The notes under the pieces were generated by a model. The model was not told where the DNA came from, made no database searches, and saw nothing but the letters and a program-made list of their open reading frames with translations. A DNA stretch of 64,000 bases from a virus. The stretch covers positions 93,581 through 157,580 of the IMG/VR virus record IMGVR_UViG_3300011113_000123. One strand, 5' to 3'. Shown here in pieces: positions 17,027-27,126 of this stretch; within the stretch, counting starts at the first letter, position 1; each line of letters begins with the position of its first letter. The translations under genes were made by a program, and so were the position numbers.

Positions 17027-17208
17027 ACTTGAAGTATCCAGCTCTATTTATTCTGCTTGCTGCTGGGTTAGGATTGATCAGCGTTGTCTATAAGATAGCG
17101 ATAACGTTCTGGTCTGACGATATGCTGCTAGTGTTCTGCGTTGGTTGTATGTTCGTGTCAGAATACCTGTCATGGATTAACTATTGGATGGAAAGGTACT
17201 GGAAATGA
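17023..17208 (+). CDS. Small membrane protein
   Basis: Two hydrophobic segments. Confidence 0.5.
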   Translation: MNLKYPALFILLAAGLGLISVVYKIAITFWSDDMLLVFCVGCMFVSEYLSWINYWMERYWK

Positions 17209-17453
17209 TTTTGACTAAGGAAGCGCTCGCTGAAATGCTTCGTGGTGATAAGCTGGAAGTATGTTTCACAAAGAAGGATGGCACCAATCGTGTTATGAAC
17301 TGCACGTTGCAGGAAAACTTCCTACCTGTGTTTCAGGGTGCAGAAACTCGTAAGGAGAATCCCGAAGTGCTTGCTGTTTGGGATATAGATAATAATGGAT
17401 GGCGTTCGTTTCGCCTCGATTCTATTACTTCTGTGAGGATTGTTAATGACTAA
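17205..17453 (+). CDS. WYL-like SH3-fold protein
   Basis: FTKKDGTNRVMNCTL...VWDIDNNGWRSF. Confidence 0.75.
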   Translation: MILTKEALAEMLRGDKLEVCFTKKDGTNRVMNCTLQENFLPVFQGAETRKENPEVLAVWDIDNNGWRSFRLDSITSVRIVND

Positions 17454-18450
17454 ACTGAATATCGTCGGACTGAAAAACTCTGCAACCAAAGCTAAAGATA
17501 TGGAGCCAGCAGAGAACGGAACGTATGCTCATATTGGTTCCAAGGGTGGAACTGAGCAGATGTACGAAGGGCTCATGGCTCGACTACCTACAGAACTGAC
17601 TGATAAGTTCAATATCATCTGCTCGCGCGTGCGCGAAGAAAATATCAGCAAGACTAAGAAGAATATCCTATGGCTCCACGACACATGGGATGATCCAGAG
17701 TCGCAGCACCTAAAGGATCGTAAAAGCCTTGACCGATTCGAGAAACTCGTATTCGTATCACACTATCAGCAATCTACTTACAATCTCGGGCTTGGAGTAC
17801 CCTATGACAAGGGCGTCGTTATCCAGAACGCGATCGTTCCTATCGAGCCTCATGAGAAGCCGCAGGGATCGACAATCAACCTTATCTATCATACCACTCC
17901 ACATCGCGGACTGGAACTTCTGATTCCTGTATGCGAGTTCCTTGCTGATAAGGGATTAGACTTCCATCTCGACGTATATTCGTCGTTCAGTATCTATGGA
18001 TGGCCTGATAGAGACGCTCAGTTCCAAAGCGTATTCGAGCGTATCAAGAATCATCCTAAGATGACGTATCATGGCTTCCAGCCAAACTCCGTTATCCGCG
18101 AAGCTCTGAAGAAGGCGCACGTATACACGTATCCGTCGATTTGGCCTGAGACTTCTGGTATCTCAGTGATCGAGGCTATGAGCGCTGGCTGTAACGTTAT
18201 CTGCCCAACGCTGGCTGCGTTACCTGAGACTACAGCCAACTTCGCGGTTCAGTATGGCTGGACTGAGGATAATAACAAGCACGCCAATATGTTCGCTGGC
18301 ATCCTAGCCATGGTTATCCAGCAGTATCGTAGCCAATTCAACCAAGAGCGGCTCAAGTTCCAGAAAGCCTACTTTGATTCGTTCTACAATTGGGATACTA
18401 GAGCTAGACAGTGGCAGGACTTCCTAACCTCCCTGAATAGGGGCCCTTGA
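17446..18450 (+). CDS. Glycosyltransferase (GT-B, GT4-like)
   Basis: GGTE, LWLHD, PHRGL, YPSIWPETSGISVIEAM. Confidence 0.85.
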   Translation: MTKLNIVGLKNSATKAKDMEPAENGTYAHIGSKGGTEQMYEGLMARLPTELTDKFNIICSRVREENISKTKKNILWLHDTWDDPESQHLKDRKSLDRFEKLVFVSHYQQSTYNLGLGVPYDKGVVIQNAIVPIEPHEKPQGSTINLIYHTTPHRGLELLIPVCEFLADKGLDFHLDVYSSFSIYGWPDRDAQFQSVFERIKNHPKMTYHGFQPNSVIREALKKAHVYTYPSIWPETSGISVIEAMSAGCNVICPTLAALPETTANFAVQYGWTEDNNKHANMFAGILAMVIQQYRSQFNQERLKFQKAYFDSFYNWDTRARQWQDFLTSLNRGP

Positions 18451-18498
18451 CAATTACCCTGCCGCGTGGTATGATAGATATAGTGAGAGGAGTGATTC

Positions 18499-19644
18499 AT
18501 GGCTAAGAGCTTACTCAAGTCTGCGCCCATCAAGAAGAAACGTACTATCACGCCACGCGGTTTCGACGCCAAGCATATGGGCGACGAGCCTTCTTGGGAA
18601 AATCAGTTTCTCGTAGATGATGACGAGCGTCAGTCGATGCTCGGTCGTGCATACAATTGGTACAACTATTTCTACGAGGCTAAGACTGGGCGCAAGTGGC
18701 TCGTCGAGTATATGACAGAGCAGGGTATGTCCAAGGCTGCTATGTCGATGACCAATCGCGTGTCAGACGCGAAACTCAGCTCGACGATGTGTAATACTGC
18801 GCGCATGCTGTCGATGGGTCTGGAAGACAAGAAGCTTCAAGAGAAGCTGAACAACTATCTCGTCACTCTCGTCGAGCAGGGAGTTGCTATCGCTAAAGCT
18901 GAAAAGGCTGCGGCTGCTAAGGTAGCTCCCGCATATGAAAAGAATCCTGCGGCTGATCTTATCGCTACCATCGAAGAGATGATCGACCACGATCCCGACG
19001 AGGAATGGCGCAATTCTTTCTATAGCTGGCTCAAAGATACGAAGCAGGTCAAGCCGACTCAGGCTCGTGCGATCGCTGACTACTATCGCCCGTGGCTTGA
19101 AGAGCTGCGCGAAGTGGCTACGACCAAAGACGCTGAACTCAAGTATGCGTATCGTCATCTGAATAAGAAAAAGCTCAAGGAACGTATCGCGCTGTTCACT
19201 GGCATCGTCAACGATTGCGAGTCTCTGGTATCCAATAGTCGTAAGACTGTCGCGCGCAAGCCGCGTAAAACTAAGCCTAAGACGGCTGACAAGATCGTAT
19301 CCAAGATTAAGTTCCAGAAGGAAGATACCAATCTTAAGATCGTTTCTGTTGATCCTACAAAGATCGTAGGCTCTACTGAGCTCTGGGTGTTCAATACTAA
19401 GTACAACGTCCTTGCTCATTATGTTGCTGGCGCTGGTGGGCTTTCCATGAAAGGCACTACGCTCCAGAACGTGAGCGATACATCCAAACAGAAGAAGCTG
19501 CGTAAGCCCGCAGATATTCTGCCTAAGATCACTGGCAGCACGGCTAAGGCTGCTGAACGTACATTCACTTCAATCAAGACTAAGGAAAGCGACCCTAATG
19601 GGCGAATCAACGAATACTGCATCATCCTTCGCGCAGTCAAGTAA
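18499..19644 (+). CDS. Conserved T4-like hypothetical protein
   Basis: Long ORF with promoter and GAGGAG RBS; LWVFNTKY, LRKP, PNGRINE. Confidence 0.75.
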   Translation: MAKSLLKSAPIKKKRTITPRGFDAKHMGDEPSWENQFLVDDDERQSMLGRAYNWYNYFYEAKTGRKWLVEYMTEQGMSKAAMSMTNRVSDAKLSSTMCNTARMLSMGLEDKKLQEKLNNYLVTLVEQGVAIAKAEKAAAAKVAPAYEKNPAADLIATIEEMIDHDPDEEWRNSFYSWLKDTKQVKPTQARAIADYYRPWLEELREVATTKDAELKYAYRHLNKKKLKERIALFTGIVNDCESLVSNSRKTVARKPRKTKPKTADKIVSKIKFQKEDTNLKIVSVDPTKIVGSTELWVFNTKYNVLAHYVAGAGGLSMKGTTLQNVSDTSKQKKLRKPADILPKITGSTAKAAERTFTSIKTKESDPNGRINEYCIILRAVK

Positions 19645-19969
19645 TGTTCTGCGCTTTCCTAAGAAAAGCATAAGAACTATCCTACCAGATGAAGATCAAG
19701 AAGCTCGTGATGCGGCGCGTCGTTTGTATGTTGATGAGGTGGTAGAGTCATATGCTTCTCATTTGGCTAACAAGTTGGCTCAGCAAGGTTTCGATGTGTT
19801 CCATGATGCGTTCGACAAGCATTTTGGCTTTACGATGGAAGCCTTTAGGTCTACGTTGCTTTTGACGATGGAACTGGATCATCCGTTCCAGGAGATCGTC
19901 GAGCAAACGGTACAGACGATTAAGGATGTTCGCCCAATTGAAGTCGAAGACGATTTCGATCCAGCTTGA
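19598..19969 (+). CDS. Hypothetical protein
   Basis: NVLRFP...HPFQ; sits upstream of rnh. Confidence 0.55.
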   Translation: MGESTNTASSFAQSSNVLRFPKKSIRTILPDEDQEARDAARRLYVDEVVESYASHLANKLAQQGFDVFHDAFDKHFGFTMEAFRSTLLLTMELDHPFQEIVEQTVQTIKDVRPIEVEDDFDPA

Positions 19970-20017
19970 CAACCACGCATAGATAGTATATGATACTATC
20001 ATGCAATGGAGTTCGTT

Positions 20018-20881
20018 ATGATTCTCGTAGATTTTAGCCAGGTCATGATTTCTAACATCATGATGCAGCTAGCCAACAATGAGAGCAAGCTCGAAGAGGA
20101 TATGGTTCGCCATATGGTTCTATCGAGTCTGCGTCTATACAAGCGCAAGTTTGGCGCTGAGTACGGCGAGATTGTTATCTGTGCCGACGGTCCTTCGTAC
20201 TGGCGTCGTGAGATCTATCCTCACTACAAGGCTGGTCGTCGTAAGGCTCGTGACAAGTCGCAGCATGACTGGTCGCTGATCTTCAATGCACTGCATAAGA
20301 TCCGTGATGAGATCGCTGACAATATGCCTTATCCTGTTCTGCGTTTCGAGCGTGCGGAAGCTGACGACATCATCGGTGCTCTGTGTCACCAGTTTGGTAT
20401 GCACGGCATGCTCACTGATCCCAAGATCCTTATCATCTCAGGTGACAAGGACTTCGCTCAGCTGCAGAAGTATGATAACGTCCAGCAGTATAGCCCTATC
20501 ACTAAGAAGTTCATCGTGCCTGATGTGAATCCTGAGCGATTCAAGCAGTATCATATCCTGCAAGGTGACGTTGGTGACGGCGTACCTAACTTCTTATCGG
20601 CTGACGATACGTTCGTATCTGGTGGTCGTCAGAAGCCTCTTCCCAAGAAAAAGCTCGAAGAGTGGACGCTGATGAATCCAGAAGAGTTCTGTCAGGGTGA
20701 AATGTTGCGCAATTATCACAGAAACAAAATGATGGTCGATCTTGATTGCATTCCTGACGATCTACAGAAAGAAATCGTATCTGCGTATGCTACATACAAT
20801 CGTAATCCACGCAGCAAGATCTTCAACTACTTCATCGAACATCGCCTGCGTCAACTAACTGAAGCCATCTCGGAGTTCTGA
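20018..20881 (+). CDS. rnh: T4-type RNase H / 5'-3' exonuclease
   Basis: ILVDFSQ, YWRR..YPHYKAGR, EADD, SGDKDF, GDVGDGVPN. Confidence 0.93.
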   Translation: MILVDFSQVMISNIMMQLANNESKLEEDMVRHMVLSSLRLYKRKFGAEYGEIVICADGPSYWRREIYPHYKAGRRKARDKSQHDWSLIFNALHKIRDEIADNMPYPVLRFERAEADDIIGALCHQFGMHGMLTDPKILIISGDKDFAQLQKYDNVQQYSPITKKFIVPDVNPERFKQYHILQGDVGDGVPNFLSADDTFVSGGRQKPLPKKKLEEWTLMNPEEFCQGEMLRNYHRNKMMVDLDCIPDDLQKEIVSAYATYNRNPRSKIFNYFIEHRLRQLTEAISEF

Positions 20882-20882
20882 T

Positions 20883-21080
20883 ATGACTAGCTTTATGATC
20901 GCTGTTCAAATATGTCTGACGCTACTGGTTACTGGCGGCATGACTTATCTCATGATTAAGAACGTCGTCGTCGAAGACGTAAAGAACGTCACTCAGTATC
21001 AGAAATTCGTGGCTGTGTTGCTTCTTATCCACGCCGTCCTCGGTCCTATCGCCCTCATCAATCTTATCTGGAGTTACTAA
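20883..21080 (+). CDS. Small membrane protein
   Basis: Two TM segments. Confidence 0.5.
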   Translation: MTSFMIAVQICLTLLVTGGMTYLMIKNVVVEDVKNVTQYQKFVAVLLLIHAVLGPIALINLIWSY

Positions 21081-21499
21081 TGATCGATCTGAATAAGTAT
21101 GCAGAATTCGTCATGGCTGTTACGAGCAAGGAAAGCCGCGAAACGCAGGTTTTCATTGACAGGATGAAGGAACTCCAGTATCATGATGAAGATAGCAGGA
21201 GCAAGCTCAATCTGTCGTTGCTGATTACTGCTATGATTGGGCTTACCAGCGAGGCTGGTGAAGCGCAAGAGATTCTCAAGAAGGTTCTGTTTCAGGGTAA
21301 GCCGTTCACTGAAGATACTCGTCAGCATCTCAAGAAGGAGCTTGGTGATGTGATTTGGTACTGGATCAATGCTTGTAATGCTCTTCAGCTCGATCCCAAT
21401 GAAGTCGTGGCTGAAAACGTGAAGAAGCTCGAAGCTCGCTATCCTGGCGGCAAGTTCGATGCGTACTACTCCGAAAATCGTAAAGAAGGCGATATCTAA
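21080..21499 (+). CDS. mazG: MazG-like nucleotide pyrophosphohydrolase
   Basis: GLTSEAGE...KELGDVIWY...NVKKLEARYP. Confidence 0.9.
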   Translation: MIDLNKYAEFVMAVTSKESRETQVFIDRMKELQYHDEDSRSKLNLSLLITAMIGLTSEAGEAQEILKKVLFQGKPFTEDTRQHLKKELGDVIWYWINACNALQLDPNEVVAENVKKLEARYPGGKFDAYYSENRKEGDI

Positions 21500-21807
21500 T
21501 GTCCAAGCTCGTTATGGTCGACGTTCTTTCTTCGTTTCGTTTGCGCTACGTAGTTCGTGCAAACACTGTTGAAGACGCGCTCGATGAAGTTGTGATGCGC
21601 GAAAACGATGCTGACTTCAAGGAGTTCAGTCAGAAGCACCTCGAACCAACAGCGATCATCGATCATCGCGAAATCACTGAAGAGGAGTATCTTCAGATCT
21701 TCAGTGAAGACAACGACTATCTGAAGACCTGGACGGACGAGCAGAAGAGGAATTATATCAACGTGATTGACTATTACGAACAGAAGGAGAATAAACATGG
21801 CGCTTGA
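21499..21807 (+). CDS. Hypothetical protein
   Basis: Coupled ORF; KEFSQKHL. Confidence 0.6.
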   Translation: MSKLVMVDVLSSFRLRYVVRANTVEDALDEVVMRENDADFKEFSQKHLEPTAIIDHREITEEEYLQIFSEDNDYLKTWTDEQKRNYINVIDYYEQKENKHGA

Positions 21808-22360
21808 TACCAATAAGTGCATGGCAAATATCGTATCGAAGATTGAAGCACAGACTACCGTCGAAAAGCAGGTTGAGTTTCTTCAGTTGCATAGTTCATA
21901 TGCTTTGAAGGCTGTACTGGGTTATGGTATGGATCCGAACGTGAAGTGGTTGCTTCCTGATGGTGATCCGCCGTATCGCGGTTTGTTTGACGCTTCTGAC
22001 CAGGAAGGTCGTTTCTATGTCGAGTGCAAGAAGCTGATCTATTTCGTTGATAGTGAAGAAGGTCGTCAGGTTAAGCAGATCAAGCGTGAACAGTTGTTCA
22101 TCCAGGTGCTTGAGTCTATTGATGCTCGCGACGCGAAGCTGCTTCTTCGCATGAAGAATCGTCAGATCAATATCAAGCCCGAAGCTATCGCTCAGGCGTT
22201 CCCTAACATGTGGGAAGCGTGGGGTCGTACTGTTGCGAAGCCGGTCGTGATCCAGGAGGTAGCTCCTCAGGAAACTCCTTTTCGTACCGAAGAAGCAGAA
22301 GTTCCTGTCAAGCGTGGTCGCGGGCGCCCTAAGGGTTCTACTAAGAAGGAAGTAGCATGA
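21797..22360 (+). CDS. Conserved T4-like protein with C-terminal AT-hook
   Basis: WLLPDGDPPY, KREQLFIQVLES; KRGRGRPKGS. Confidence 0.7.
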   Translation: MALDTNKCMANIVSKIEAQTTVEKQVEFLQLHSSYALKAVLGYGMDPNVKWLLPDGDPPYRGLFDASDQEGRFYVECKKLIYFVDSEEGRQVKQIKREQLFIQVLESIDARDAKLLLRMKNRQINIKPEAIAQAFPNMWEAWGRTVAKPVVIQEVAPQETPFRTEEAEVPVKRGRGRPKGSTKKEVA

Positions 22361-22935
22361 ACACCGCCTTTATCATTGGTAACGGAACGAGTCGCTCTGA
22401 CTTCGACCTAAAGAGGCTCAAGCCTTATGGAACGATCTATGGATGTAATGCGCTTTATCGTGATTTCCCTGATCACTCTATTCCTGACTTCCTCGTTGCT
22501 ATTGATGACGGTATTATTGCAGAGATAGAATTCAGTAGGTTCCCGTCTAATCGTTTCATCGTTCCACCGATTGATGAGCGCTGGGAACCTTCTGAGTGTA
22601 ACATCGGTCGCCCTCGTAGCAACGCTGGTATGAATGCTATGCGTGAGGCTATCAAGGCTGGGCATAATCAGCTGATCTGTCTTGGGTTTGACTTCCTCAT
22701 TGGTGGTAAGAATCAGTTCTTGTCGAATCTGTATGACGGCACCGAGAACTATGGTCCAGACACTCGCGCGAGCGCGGGAGACAATCCTGGTCGTGTCAAC
22801 TATCTTCAGTGGTTGGTACGTAAGCATCCAGACGTTGACTTTATCTTTATCTATCCAGATATCGAAAATGTGACAGTGATTAACGGCGATAATGTCTATT
22901 ACAACACATTTGAAAAACTCTTGAAACATACATAG
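22357..22935 (+). CDS. Putative sugar-transferase-like (DUF115/GT29-like fold) protein
   Basis: AFIIGNGTSR, YGCNALYRD, LGFD. Confidence 0.55.
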   Translation: MNTAFIIGNGTSRSDFDLKRLKPYGTIYGCNALYRDFPDHSIPDFLVAIDDGIIAEIEFSRFPSNRFIVPPIDERWEPSECNIGRPRSNAGMNAMREAIKAGHNQLICLGFDFLIGGKNQFLSNLYDGTENYGPDTRASAGDNPGRVNYLQWLVRKHPDVDFIFIYPDIENVTVINGDNVYYNTFEKLLKHT

Positions 22936-22964
22936 CATCGTAGAAATTAAAGAAGGAGAGTGCT

Positions 22965-24374
22965 ATGGTTAAGAAAATCTATCTTGAACATTCAGATCGA
23001 AACAAGATGGATCACTTGTTGGGTAAGTTCCTCGATCACGACTGCTATGATCTAGTGCTCACCGAGGATACCGATGTTTACGAACCACTGACTCAGTTGC
23101 AGATTGACCAGGGCGAAACACACAGCGAAAAGAATCTGCTATGTAAGTTCCGTAAAGGTGTGTTCAGCAAAGAAATGACGGACGCGGCATATAAGGCGCT
23201 GCGTTCTGGTGCCATCATGTCAGACAATCGTGGTCTTGCTGCTGGTATCTTTCGCGACACAGCATATCAGAAGCTGCCTGACGGCGAAGGTTCTCGTCGT
23301 TGGGTTACAGAGCGCGAGAGAGCTGTCCTTCAGTATATGTTGAAGGATTCTCCTAAGACTGTTAATGAAGAAGATCAGTTAGAAGAGATCTATAAGAGTA
23401 ATCCAGACACTCCTCTTCAGGGGCGCGGTTCTGGAGCGCATAAAGCTAAGGGTGATATTGGCGCAGGTGCTATCTGGATTGTTAACAAGTCGAAAGACTT
23501 TGTTTTCGATGACTGGTACAACTCTGTAAAAGATAAGAGCCCGGCTGAGCGTCGTATGGCTGCGGATCATATTCTCAATGATCTAATCTCAGACACGACT
23601 TATGCTAACGGTGTTCGCTCAGGCGTTGGTGGCTTCATGGATCGTTATCCGCGTATTCCGTTCTGTCGCGAGACAGGTTGGAGTGCGAGCCATCATAAGC
23701 TATACGAAGCTGCGCTTCCGTTGTTTGAACAGGCTTCGAAAGTGTTCGAGGAAAATCTACCAGTGCGCTTTGCTGGTCAGATGGAAGCTATGAAGCAGCT
23801 TGGTCCAGATTGGCAAATCGGTAACACGCCATACACTACTCTAACCATCAATCGCGACTTCCGCACAGCTGCTCATCGCGACGTTGGTGATCTGTGTGAG
23901 TCGTGGGAGTCTCATGCAAATCCACGCGGCTTCTCGAATCTGCTAGTATTAGACAACGGAAAGAGCTATAATGGATTCTATCTTTGCTTCCCTGAGTTTC
24001 GTGTAGCGGCTGATATTCGTGCTGGCGATATGATTATGATGAACGCACATCGTATTCATAGCAACAGCCCAGCCTTCGACTACGAAGAAGGCTTCGAGCG
24101 TATGTCAGTTGTGATGTACTTCCGCGAGTCTATGCTGGAGTGTGGTAGCCGTAAGTATGAAGATACACGTCGCAGCTTCGTGTACATGCGCGCGAACAAC
24201 AAAGAACATCCTTTGTGGAAAGAAGGATGGAATGGTGTATCGCCTGGAATGTGGGATACTGAAGAATGGGGTGAGTACCTCGGAAACAATGGTCTCACTG
24301 ACGAAGCAGAAGAAGTCCTAAGTAAGATTGGTAAGAGTGATCGATTAGTAACTCTCGAAGATTACTTTGCATAA
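22965..24374 (+). CDS. TET/JBP-family 2OG-Fe(II) nucleic-acid dioxygenase
   Basis: SGVGGFMDRYPRIPFCR, YTTLTIN..FRTAAHRD (HxD), HRIHSN, RMSVVMYFRE. Confidence 0.8.
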   Translation: MVKKIYLEHSDRNKMDHLLGKFLDHDCYDLVLTEDTDVYEPLTQLQIDQGETHSEKNLLCKFRKGVFSKEMTDAAYKALRSGAIMSDNRGLAAGIFRDTAYQKLPDGEGSRRWVTERERAVLQYMLKDSPKTVNEEDQLEEIYKSNPDTPLQGRGSGAHKAKGDIGAGAIWIVNKSKDFVFDDWYNSVKDKSPAERRMAADHILNDLISDTTYANGVRSGVGGFMDRYPRIPFCRETGWSASHHKLYEAALPLFEQASKVFEENLPVRFAGQMEAMKQLGPDWQIGNTPYTTLTINRDFRTAAHRDVGDLCESWESHANPRGFSNLLVLDNGKSYNGFYLCFPEFRVAADIRAGDMIMMNAHRIHSNSPAFDYEEGFERMSVVMYFRESMLECGSRKYEDTRRSFVYMRANNKEHPLWKEGWNGVSPGMWDTEEWGEYLGNNGLTDEAEEVLSKIGKSDRLVTLEDYFA

Positions 24375-24389
24375 ATCAAGAGGTCGTTA

Positions 24390-25952
24390 ATGTATTGCGT
24401 GATTCCTGCGGCAGGGCGCGGTGTTCGTTTCAACGAACTAGGTAAGAACTATCCGAAGTGCGTCCTGCCATATAAAGATATTCCAATCATCGTTCATAAC
24501 ATTAGACTGGCTCTCGATTCGGGAGCCAGAGAAGTTTCTATAGTCGTCGGTCATCAGGGTGATAAGATTCGTGAGATCGTCGGAATGTACTTTCCGGAAG
24601 ATCCGCGCATCATCTTCTCGGAGTATCAAGAAACAGCCTCAATAGGTGGTCCTGGCGTTTCAATCTACTGCGGTATCCCTGATGACATCGGTGATGAGTC
24701 TGTCCTGATTCTTCTTTCCGATATCGTCGTAGAACATGTTTTGATTAACAATTCTAAAACATCCTGGATTTCTGTTCAGCAAGTTCCTGATTGGGAACGC
24801 TGGTGTATGGCTGAGACTAAAGATGGAACAATCGTAAAGTTCCACGATAAGCCGCGCGATATGCCTCCGACTAGTCATGCGGTCAGCGGAGTCTATTACT
24901 TTAGAAACGCATCGTTGTTCCGTAGTTGTTTGATTGATGCTATCAAAGATACTCGTTATGGCGAAGTTCAGATTTCTTCAGCGATGTCGCGCTATATGGA
25001 AAAGGAATCTATCTATACGAAGCCAATCAGGATCGTCGATTTCGGTACGTTGCAAGAGTATCTCGAGAATCGTGGTGTAAAGAACTCGCGTTCGTTCAAT
25101 ACGCTCTATCATTCTGGTGATGAAACTACGATCACGAAAACATCTGTTGCTCATCCAGAAAAGATTCATGCGGAAGCTAACTGGTACGACAATCTTCCGA
25201 CGCCTATCAAGATGATGACACCTCGCATCTTTGATAAGACGTTGTATGGTGATCGACCAATGTATACGATGGAGCGTATCGACAGCCCTACGTTGCGTGA
25301 GCTATATCTGTATCTCGAATCTGATCCTATCTTCTGGGCTGAAATCTTTACGAAACTCTTTGATCTAACCGACAAGTTCAAGTTCTACACGAAGCCTGGT
25401 AAGCCAGAGTTCTTCGATCGTGTCGTAGACAAGACGTTCTCGAGATTCACAGAAGTCGATGCTGATCTCATAGAGAACGACGATCATGCGTTCATGAACA
25501 AGTTCTATGAAATGAATCAGCAGGGTATGTTCAACGTATTCCCTGACTCCCTGTTCCATGGCGACTTCTGCTTCTCTAACATCTTCTATCATCCAGGCAG
25601 CAAGCATATCAAGTTCATCGATCCGCGCGGCGACGCGTATGGTAACATCTTGTATGACTTGGCTAAGATCACACATTCAGCATACTACCCATACGATTAT
25701 GTTGATGCGGAACTCTATCTAAATAAGAGTGGCGAAAAGCTATACATCTTCGATAGTGGCAAAGAAGTCGCTCGCGAAGCGTACAAGAAGCTCTTCGTTG
25801 CCAAATACGGTGAGTCAACGTGGCAGATCAATTTGTTCTTGACAGCTACTCTGTTTTTGAGTATGATTCCCTTACACTCACACAATAAGGTCAACCAAGA
25901 GTTATTCTATGCGCTCTATCGTAAGGCGGCCGCAGACAGCGGATTTGTTTGA
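24390..25952 (+). CDS. Sugar nucleotidyltransferase fused to an APH/choline-kinase-like domain
   Basis: IPAAGRGVRF..PK at N-terminus; RSFN; HGDFCFSNI, IDPRG, YDLAK. Confidence 0.85.
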   Translation: MYCVIPAAGRGVRFNELGKNYPKCVLPYKDIPIIVHNIRLALDSGAREVSIVVGHQGDKIREIVGMYFPEDPRIIFSEYQETASIGGPGVSIYCGIPDDIGDESVLILLSDIVVEHVLINNSKTSWISVQQVPDWERWCMAETKDGTIVKFHDKPRDMPPTSHAVSGVYYFRNASLFRSCLIDAIKDTRYGEVQISSAMSRYMEKESIYTKPIRIVDFGTLQEYLENRGVKNSRSFNTLYHSGDETTITKTSVAHPEKIHAEANWYDNLPTPIKMMTPRIFDKTLYGDRPMYTMERIDSPTLRELYLYLESDPIFWAEIFTKLFDLTDKFKFYTKPGKPEFFDRVVDKTFSRFTEVDADLIENDDHAFMNKFYEMNQQGMFNVFPDSLFHGDFCFSNIFYHPGSKHIKFIDPRGDAYGNILYDLAKITHSAYYPYDYVDAELYLNKSGEKLYIFDSGKEVAREAYKKLFVAKYGESTWQINLFLTATLFLSMIPLHSHNKVNQELFYALYRKAAADSGFV

Positions 25953-26301
25953 ACTTAGCCTCGTGGTTGATCTGGACCACACACTATGCGTTGGCGATCT
26001 TAGTATAGCGAGTTCAGCTGAACGATACGCCAACGCAAAGCCAATTGCAGAAACAATCAAGAAATTACAAGAAGCGTACAGTAACGGCTGGTACATCACC
26101 ATTCTTACTGCACGTCATATGCGTTCTTGTCAAAACGATGCAGAGTTTGCGTTCGAGAAGCTAGGTAAGATCACTGAAGACTGGCTTGATCGACACGACG
26201 TTCCCTTCGATCAGCTTGTCTTTGGTAAGCCATATGGTATGTGGTACATCGACGATAAAGCAATGACACTGGATACCTTCCTACATGAATTCCAAGCCTA
26301 A
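25909..26301 (+). CDS. HAD-family phosphatase (capsule-biosynthesis type); true start probably slightly downstream
   Basis: DLDHTLC, TAR, FGKP, YIDDK. Confidence 0.8.
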   Translation: MRSIVRRPQTADLFELSLVVDLDHTLCVGDLSIASSAERYANAKPIAETIKKLQEAYSNGWYITILTARHMRSCQNDAEFAFEKLGKITEDWLDRHDVPFDQLVFGKPYGMWYIDDKAMTLDTFLHEFQA

Positions 26302-27115
26302 GATTATCATCACTACGTTCATGCGCGAGGACAAGCAGAAAGCTGTGTTCCAGATTCCTGCTTCGCTGCATGAAAACGTTTATATGTTCACTCGCGAAGA
26401 TCGCGTCGATGAGCTGCGTAAGTATGTTCCCGAAACGATTCGCATCATCGGTAATCCGATGGATATCGACGGTATCGCTGATATCCGTCAGCGTTGTATC
26501 GATCATGTTCCGAAGGGTAAGGTGTGGTTCATCGACGATCTCGCTACGTTTGGTTGGCGCGATCAGAATCTAAAGCAGTTCAACGATATGCCCGAGCAGA
26601 AGTTCGTTGAGATGTATGCCACGCTCGACAAAATGCTCGACGACTATATGCAAGTCGGTTTCTCAGCTCGTGGTGGCAACAATCACGTGACTGATCCGTT
26701 CAAGGAAGTTGGTCGTGCATACACCACATATGGATTGCGCTCAGACTGGATGGAGCGTGAGGATATTCGATTCGATGGTATGTATCGACAGAATCCTAAC
26801 GTGAAGCTCTACGAAGACTACTGGATCACGCTCTCCATGCTGACCAAGGGTTTCAAGAACGCTATCATCTACGACTATTTCTTCAACTACACTCACAACA
26901 ACACAGGCGGCAATTCTACGTTCCGTACGCTAGAACTCCAGGAGCAAGCCGCTCACGAACTCCATAGACACTTCCCACAATTCGTCACAGTAGAAACGAA
27001 GGAAGGGGTATGGGGAAAGATGGGCATGGAGAATCGTAAGGAAGTTCGCATTCAATGGCAGAAAGCATATCAAAGCTCACAGGTCACTAACACGCTCGAC
27101 TCGTTCTTCGAATAA
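26285..27115 (+). CDS. TET/JBP-associated (GREB1-like) glycosyltransferase
   Basis: GIADIR, FIDD, YED..LSMLTKG, GGNS..RT; adjacent to the TET/JBP gene. Confidence 0.7.
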   Translation: MNSKPKIIITTFMREDKQKAVFQIPASLHENVYMFTREDRVDELRKYVPETIRIIGNPMDIDGIADIRQRCIDHVPKGKVWFIDDLATFGWRDQNLKQFNDMPEQKFVEMYATLDKMLDDYMQVGFSARGGNNHVTDPFKEVGRAYTTYGLRSDWMEREDIRFDGMYRQNPNVKLYEDYWITLSMLTKGFKNAIIYDYFFNYTHNNTGGNSTFRTLELQEQAAHELHRHFPQFVTVETKEGVWGKMGMENRKEVRIQWQKAYQSSQVTNTLDSFFE

Positions 27116-27126
27116 CAGGAAATCCT

